From Leptospiraceae bacterium (GTDB lineage: Bacteria > Spirochaetota > Leptospiria > Leptospirales > Leptonemataceae), in NCBI GenBank assembly GCA_040217195.1, contig JAVJNR010000009.1:128001-192000 (forward strand): DNA of 64,000 nt. The letters are read 5' to 3'. The notes under the pieces are model-generated. The model searched no databases. It was given only the letters and a program-made list of their open reading frames with translations, and was not told the origin of the DNA. Position numbers and translations under genes: made by a program. Positions 58,916-64,000 of the stretch are shown here, in pieces; the stretch's first letter is position 1, and each line of letters begins with the position of its first letter.

Positions 58916-61900
58916 TTATCGATCGTAGGCCAGGTTTGGTCCCAGCCATTTTTCCATTTCATCCAATGGCATGTCTTTTCGTTTTGCGTAGTCCTCTAAC
59001 TGGTCTTTGTTTAATTTACCCAGATTAAAATACTCCGCATCCGGATGCGAGAAGTACAGTCCGCTTACGCTGGCAGCGGGCATCATGGCCAGGCTCTCGG
59101 TAAGCTGAACACTGGCATCCTCGGTAGCATTCAAAATCCTGAACAGATCTAGCTTTTCCGTATGGTCTGGTTGAGCCGGATAACCTGGTGCCGGTCGAAT
59201 TCCCTGGTATTTCTCTTTTACCAGCTCTTCATTGGACAGGCTCTCTCCAGAACCAAAGCCCCAGATTTCCTTTCGCACCTTTTCATGAAGGTATTCTGCA
59301 AAGGCTTCCGCCAGACGGTCCGCCATTGCCTTGGAAAGGATGGAATTATAATCGTCCTGATTATCGTCAAATTCCTTAACCAGAGCGTTTAGCCCAAGTC
59401 CAGAAGTGACGACAAAGCCGCCCAGCCAGTCTTTCACGCCAGAGTCTTCGGGAGCTACATAGTCCGCCAGAGACCGGTTGGGCTGCCCGGACCGCTTTTT
59501 CGCCTGCTGACGCAGGCAATGGATTACAGCAAGCTCTTCCTTTCGATCTTCATCTTTATAGAGCTTAATATCTTCTCCGGTAGAATTGGCAGGAAAAATG
59601 CCATATACACCTCGGGGGCGCAGCAGTTCTTCTTTAACAATTCGGTCCAGCAACTCCTTTGCATCATTATGAAGCTTGGTTGCTTCCTCGCCCAGCCGGG
59701 GATCTTTTAAGATATCAGGATACTTTCCGCGCATCTCCCAGGTTAAGAAGAAAGGAGTCCAGTCAATGTAAGGAATCAAATCTTCCACTTTAGGTTCGAT
59801 CTGGAATACTCCGGTCATTTTTGGCTCAAAGGTATTTCCTTCAAACTTCACTTTATGTTTGTTCGCTACAGCCTTTTCGAAGGATAAAATCTCCTTCTCA
59901 TCCTGGCGATTTTTATGAGTTTCCCGCACACCTTCATACTTTTCTCTGATTTGTGCCACAGTCTTATCCCTGTGAGTATCCGAGGCCAGGTTTGCCACCA
60001 TGGGAACGCTCAAGGAAGCATCCAGTACATGGACGGTTGCTCCTGAATAGTGGGGCTCAATCTTCACCGCAGTATGCACTTCACTGGTGGTGGCTCCACC
60101 TATCAATAAAGGAAATTGCATCTTACGCTTTTCCATCTCTCGGGCCACTTCCACCATCTCATCCAGAGAAGGGGTAATCAGCCCGGAAAGACCGATGACA
60201 TCCACCTTTTGCTTTTCTGCTTCATCCAGGATTTTATCCCGGGGCACCATCACTCCCAGGTCAATGACATCATAACCATTACATGCCAGAACCACGCCCA
60301 CAATGTTTTTACCAATATCGTGCACATCGCCCTTAACAGTGGCAAGAAGCACCTTGATGGCTTCCTTTTTGGAACCAGGGTTCTTTCTTTGCTCCTCTTC
60401 CATGTATGGAATTAGATAGGCCACAGCCTTTTTCATAACCCGTGCACTTTTAACAACCTGGGGCAGAAACATCTGACCGGAACCAAATAGCATGCCCACA
60501 TGATTCATTCCATCCATGAGAGGACCTTCGATCACATCCAGAGGCTGATCGAACTTCTGACGGGCTTCTTCTGTATCCTCTTCGATAAACTCTACAATTC
60601 CTTTTACAAGTGCATGACGAATTCGCTCACCCACATCAGCTTCCCGCCAGGCATTCTCTTTTCCTTCATCCTGTTCACCCTCATCCTTGTAGCTTTCTGC
60701 GAAATCCACAAGCTTCTCTCCAGCTTCGGGATCCTTGTTAAGCACCACGGCCTCTACCAGGTCCCGAAGATCCCGGGGAATTTCATCGTAAACATCCAGC
60801 TGGCCCGGATTTACAATACCCATGTCCATACCGGCACGAATTGCATGGTACAGAAACACCGAGTGCATGGCCCGGCGCACCGGTTCATTTCCTCTAAAGG
60901 AAAAGCTCATGTTGGAAACCCCACCGCTCACTCTTGCATGCGGCAGATTCTCTTTGATCCACTTCGTTGCATTGATGAAATCTACGGAGTAATTGTTATG
61001 CTCCTCAATTCCGGTAGCGATAGGGAATATGTTCGGATCAAATATGATATCCTGGGCGGGGAAGCCCACTTCCTCGGTAAGGATTTTATAAGCACGACCA
61101 CAGATCTCGATCATTCGCTCATAGCTATCCGCCTGGCCCTTATCATCAAAAGCCATTACAATGACGCTGGCACCGTAGCGCATGACCTTCCGGGCCTGTT
61201 CTACGAATTGCTCCTTCCCTTCTTTCATGGAGATGGAGTTAACAATGGCTTTACCCTGCACACATCGAAGGCCGGCTTCAATAACACTGAATTTGGAAGA
61301 GTCGATCATGATAGGCACTCGGCAGATGTCCGGTTCTGCACCAATCAGATTCAGGAACTTCACCATGGCAGCCTCGGAATCCAGCATACCCTCATCCATG
61401 TTCACATCAATAACCTGGGCACCGTTTTCCACCTGATCCAGGGCTACAGCCACAGCCTCTTCATAGTTCTCTTCCCGAATCAATCGGGCAAACCTTTTGG
61501 AACCGGTTACATTTGTACGCTCTCCTACGTTCAAAAAGTTGGCCTCCGGTCGAACCACCAGGGGCTCCAGTCCGGAAAGTCTTAAAAAAGGCTCCTGTTT
61601 GGCAGGCTGTCTGGGCTGAATCCCTTCAACGGATTTAGCCATGGCTGCAATATGATCGGGTGTGGTTCCGCAGCATCCTCCAATGATGTTTACCCAGCCT
61701 TCGCTGGCATAGTTGTGGATTTGCTCTCCCATATACTCGGGAGTCTCATCGTATCCACCAAATTCGTTGGGAAGACCTGCATTGGGATAAAGACTAACAC
61801 GGCATCCGGCCACCCGGGAAAGCTCCTGAATAAATGGCTTCATCTGAGCAGAGCCAAGGGCACAATTCAAACCTACACTTAGCAGATGCGGCATATGGGA

Positions 61901-62620
61901 AATGGAAATCCAGAACGCTTCCGTAGTCTGACCAGAAAGGGTTCTACCGCTCTGATCCACAATCGTTCCAGACACCATGGTTGGCAGGGTGTAGCCGATT
62001 CGATCGAATACATTCTCGATGGCAAATAAGGCTGCCTTGGCATTCAAAGTATCAAACACTGTTTCCACCAGAAGGATGTCCACTCCACCTTTGATCAGAC
62101 CCTCTACCTGTTGTTCGTAGGCCAGAACTACTTCCTGGTAGGTTACTGCTCTAAAACCCGGGTCATTTACATCCGGAGATAGAGACAGAGTTTTATTCGT
62201 CGGCCCAATGGCGCCGGCCACAAAGCGAGGTTTGGCAGGATTTTTCTCGGTGTACTTATCCGCTGCCTTGCGAGCCACCCTGGCTCCTTCGATGTTCAAC
62301 TCATCCACCAGGCTTTCCAGGTCATAGTCTGCCTGAGAAATTGTGGTGCAGCTAAAGGTATTTGTTTCTATTATATCCGATCCTGCTTCCAGGAACTCTT
62401 CATGAATTTCCTGGATTAATTCAGGCCTGGTTAAGGTAAGAAGGTCATTGTTGCCTTTCAATTCTCCCGGATAAGCCTTGAATCGATCTCCGCGAAAGTC
62501 TTCTTCTTCCAGCTTGTGCTTCTGAATCATGGTACCCATGGCACCATCGAGCACCAGGATGCGCTTTTCCAGCTGCTCATAGAGTAACCTGGTTCTATCC
62601 TTTGTTTCTGTCTGACTCAT
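58916..62620 (-). CDS. metH: cobalamin-dependent methionine synthase
   Basis: [40 protein letters not shown]. Confidence 0.98.
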   Translation of the reverse strand: MSQTETKDRTRLLYEQLEKRILVLDGAMGTMIQKHKLEEEDFRGDRFKAYPGELKGNNDLLTLTRPELIQEIHEEFLEAGSDIIETNTFSCTTISQADYDLESLVDELNIEGARVARKAADKYTEKNPAKPRFVAGAIGPTNKTLSLSPDVNDPGFRAVTYQEVVLAYEQQVEGLIKGGVDILLVETVFDTLNAKAALFAIENVFDRIGYTLPTMVSGTIVDQSGRTLSGQTTEAFWISISHMPHLLSVGLNCALGSAQMKPFIQELSRVAGCRVSLYPNAGLPNEFGGYDETPEYMGEQIHNYASEGWVNIIGGCCGTTPDHIAAMAKSVEGIQPRQPAKQEPFLRLSGLEPLVVRPEANFLNVGERTNVTGSKRFARLIREENYEEAVAVALDQVENGAQVIDVNMDEGMLDSEAAMVKFLNLIGAEPDICRVPIMIDSSKFSVIEAGLRCVQGKAIVNSISMKEGKEQFVEQARKVMRYGASVIVMAFDDKGQADSYERMIEICGRAYKILTEEVGFPAQDIIFDPNIFPIATGIEEHNNYSVDFINATKWIKENLPHARVSGGVSNMSFSFRGNEPVRRAMHSVFLYHAIRAGMDMGIVNPGQLDVYDEIPRDLRDLVEAVVLNKDPEAGEKLVDFAESYKDEGEQDEGKENAWREADVGERIRHALVKGIVEFIEEDTEEARQKFDQPLDVIEGPLMDGMNHVGMLFGSGQMFLPQVVKSARVMKKAVAYLIPYMEEEQRKNPGSKKEAIKVLLATVKGDVHDIGKNIVGVVLACNGYDVIDLGVMVPRDKILDEAEKQKVDVIGLSGLITPSLDEMVEVAREMEKRKMQFPLLIGGATTSEVHTAVKIEPHYSGATVHVLDASLSVPMVANLASDTHRDKTVAQIREKYEGVRETHKNRQDEKEILSFEKAVANKHKVKFEGNTFEPKMTGVFQIEPKVEDLIPYIDWTPFFLTWEMRGKYPDILKDPRLGEEATKLHNDAKELLDRIVKEELLRPRGVYGIFPANSTGEDIKLYKDEDRKEELAVIHCLRQQAKKRSGQPNRSLADYVAPEDSGVKDWLGGFVVTSGLGLNALVKEFDDNQDDYNSILSKAMADRLAEAFAEYLHEKVRKEIWGFGSGESLSNEELVKEKYQGIRPAPGYPAQPDHTEKLDLFRILNATEDASVQLTESLAMMPAASVSGLYFSHPDAEYFNLGKLNKDQLEDYAKRKDMPLDEMEKWLGPNLAYDR

Positions 62621-62737
62621 AATGTCTCCTTTTCTCTATGTAATGAAGTCTGCACCGACTTCGAGGCGACCCGGCGGGTCCAATGAGCTCCATTCGAATT
62701 GGTCGAAAGCCCTTGATTTTGAATAATGTATAATTGC

Positions 62738-62764
62738 AAAAGGCTGCCCCGGCCTGGCCGGGGC
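62738..62764 (-). terminator. GC-rich hairpin after ahcY (possible terminator or stabiliser)
   Basis: Minus strand GCCCCGGC-CAG-GCCGGGGC then AGCCTTTT. Confidence 0.45.
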
Positions 62765-62773
62765 GCATAGTTT

Positions 62774-64000
<1,227 letters not shown>

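Noticed and set aside
60500..61585. 361-aa plus-strand ORF
   Set aside because: Antisense shadow of metH with no recognisable motifs.
62621..62773. SAM or SAH riboswitch between ahcY and metH
   Set aside because: I could not recognise the conserved cores by eye, only a hairpin after ahcY; an Rfam scan would settle it.

Overview
A gene-dense bacterial window, most likely from a free-living member of the Leptospiraceae. This is inferred from the DUF1554/Len-like lipoprotein, DUF1574, FapA, a LIC20035-like MORN lipoprotein, TRL-like lipoproteins beside a TonB-dependent receptor, and many spirochaetal lipoboxes. Housekeeping genes (ptb/pta-ackA, maf, folE, rph, alr, radC, queA, dcp-like M3 peptidase, dtd, metH, partial ahcY) are mixed with envelope genes. 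I saw no rRNA, tRNA, CRISPR array or transposase. The most unusual element is a family of non-coding ~112-bp units, each made of four hairpins. They form two arrays (23760-24291 and 28698-29027), with a possible degenerate relic at 43605-43745. The stems covary while the loops stay fixed (cAGGAYg CsrA-type pentaloops and cGNAg triloops), and both arrays end in GAGCGTACCT just upstream of a gene. The second array leads into an unannotated 44-aa basic microprotein. Also notable: a five-gene ATP-grasp/alpha-E/transglutaminase operon with a sigma54-type promoter facing an M3 peptidase; a GT2 glycosyltransferase that needs a CTG start or amber read-through; a FecR protein with a CxxCH motif; and a split DsbD alpha/gamma pair after Cys-rich lipoproteins. 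Family assignments come from motif recognition only; no database searches were run.
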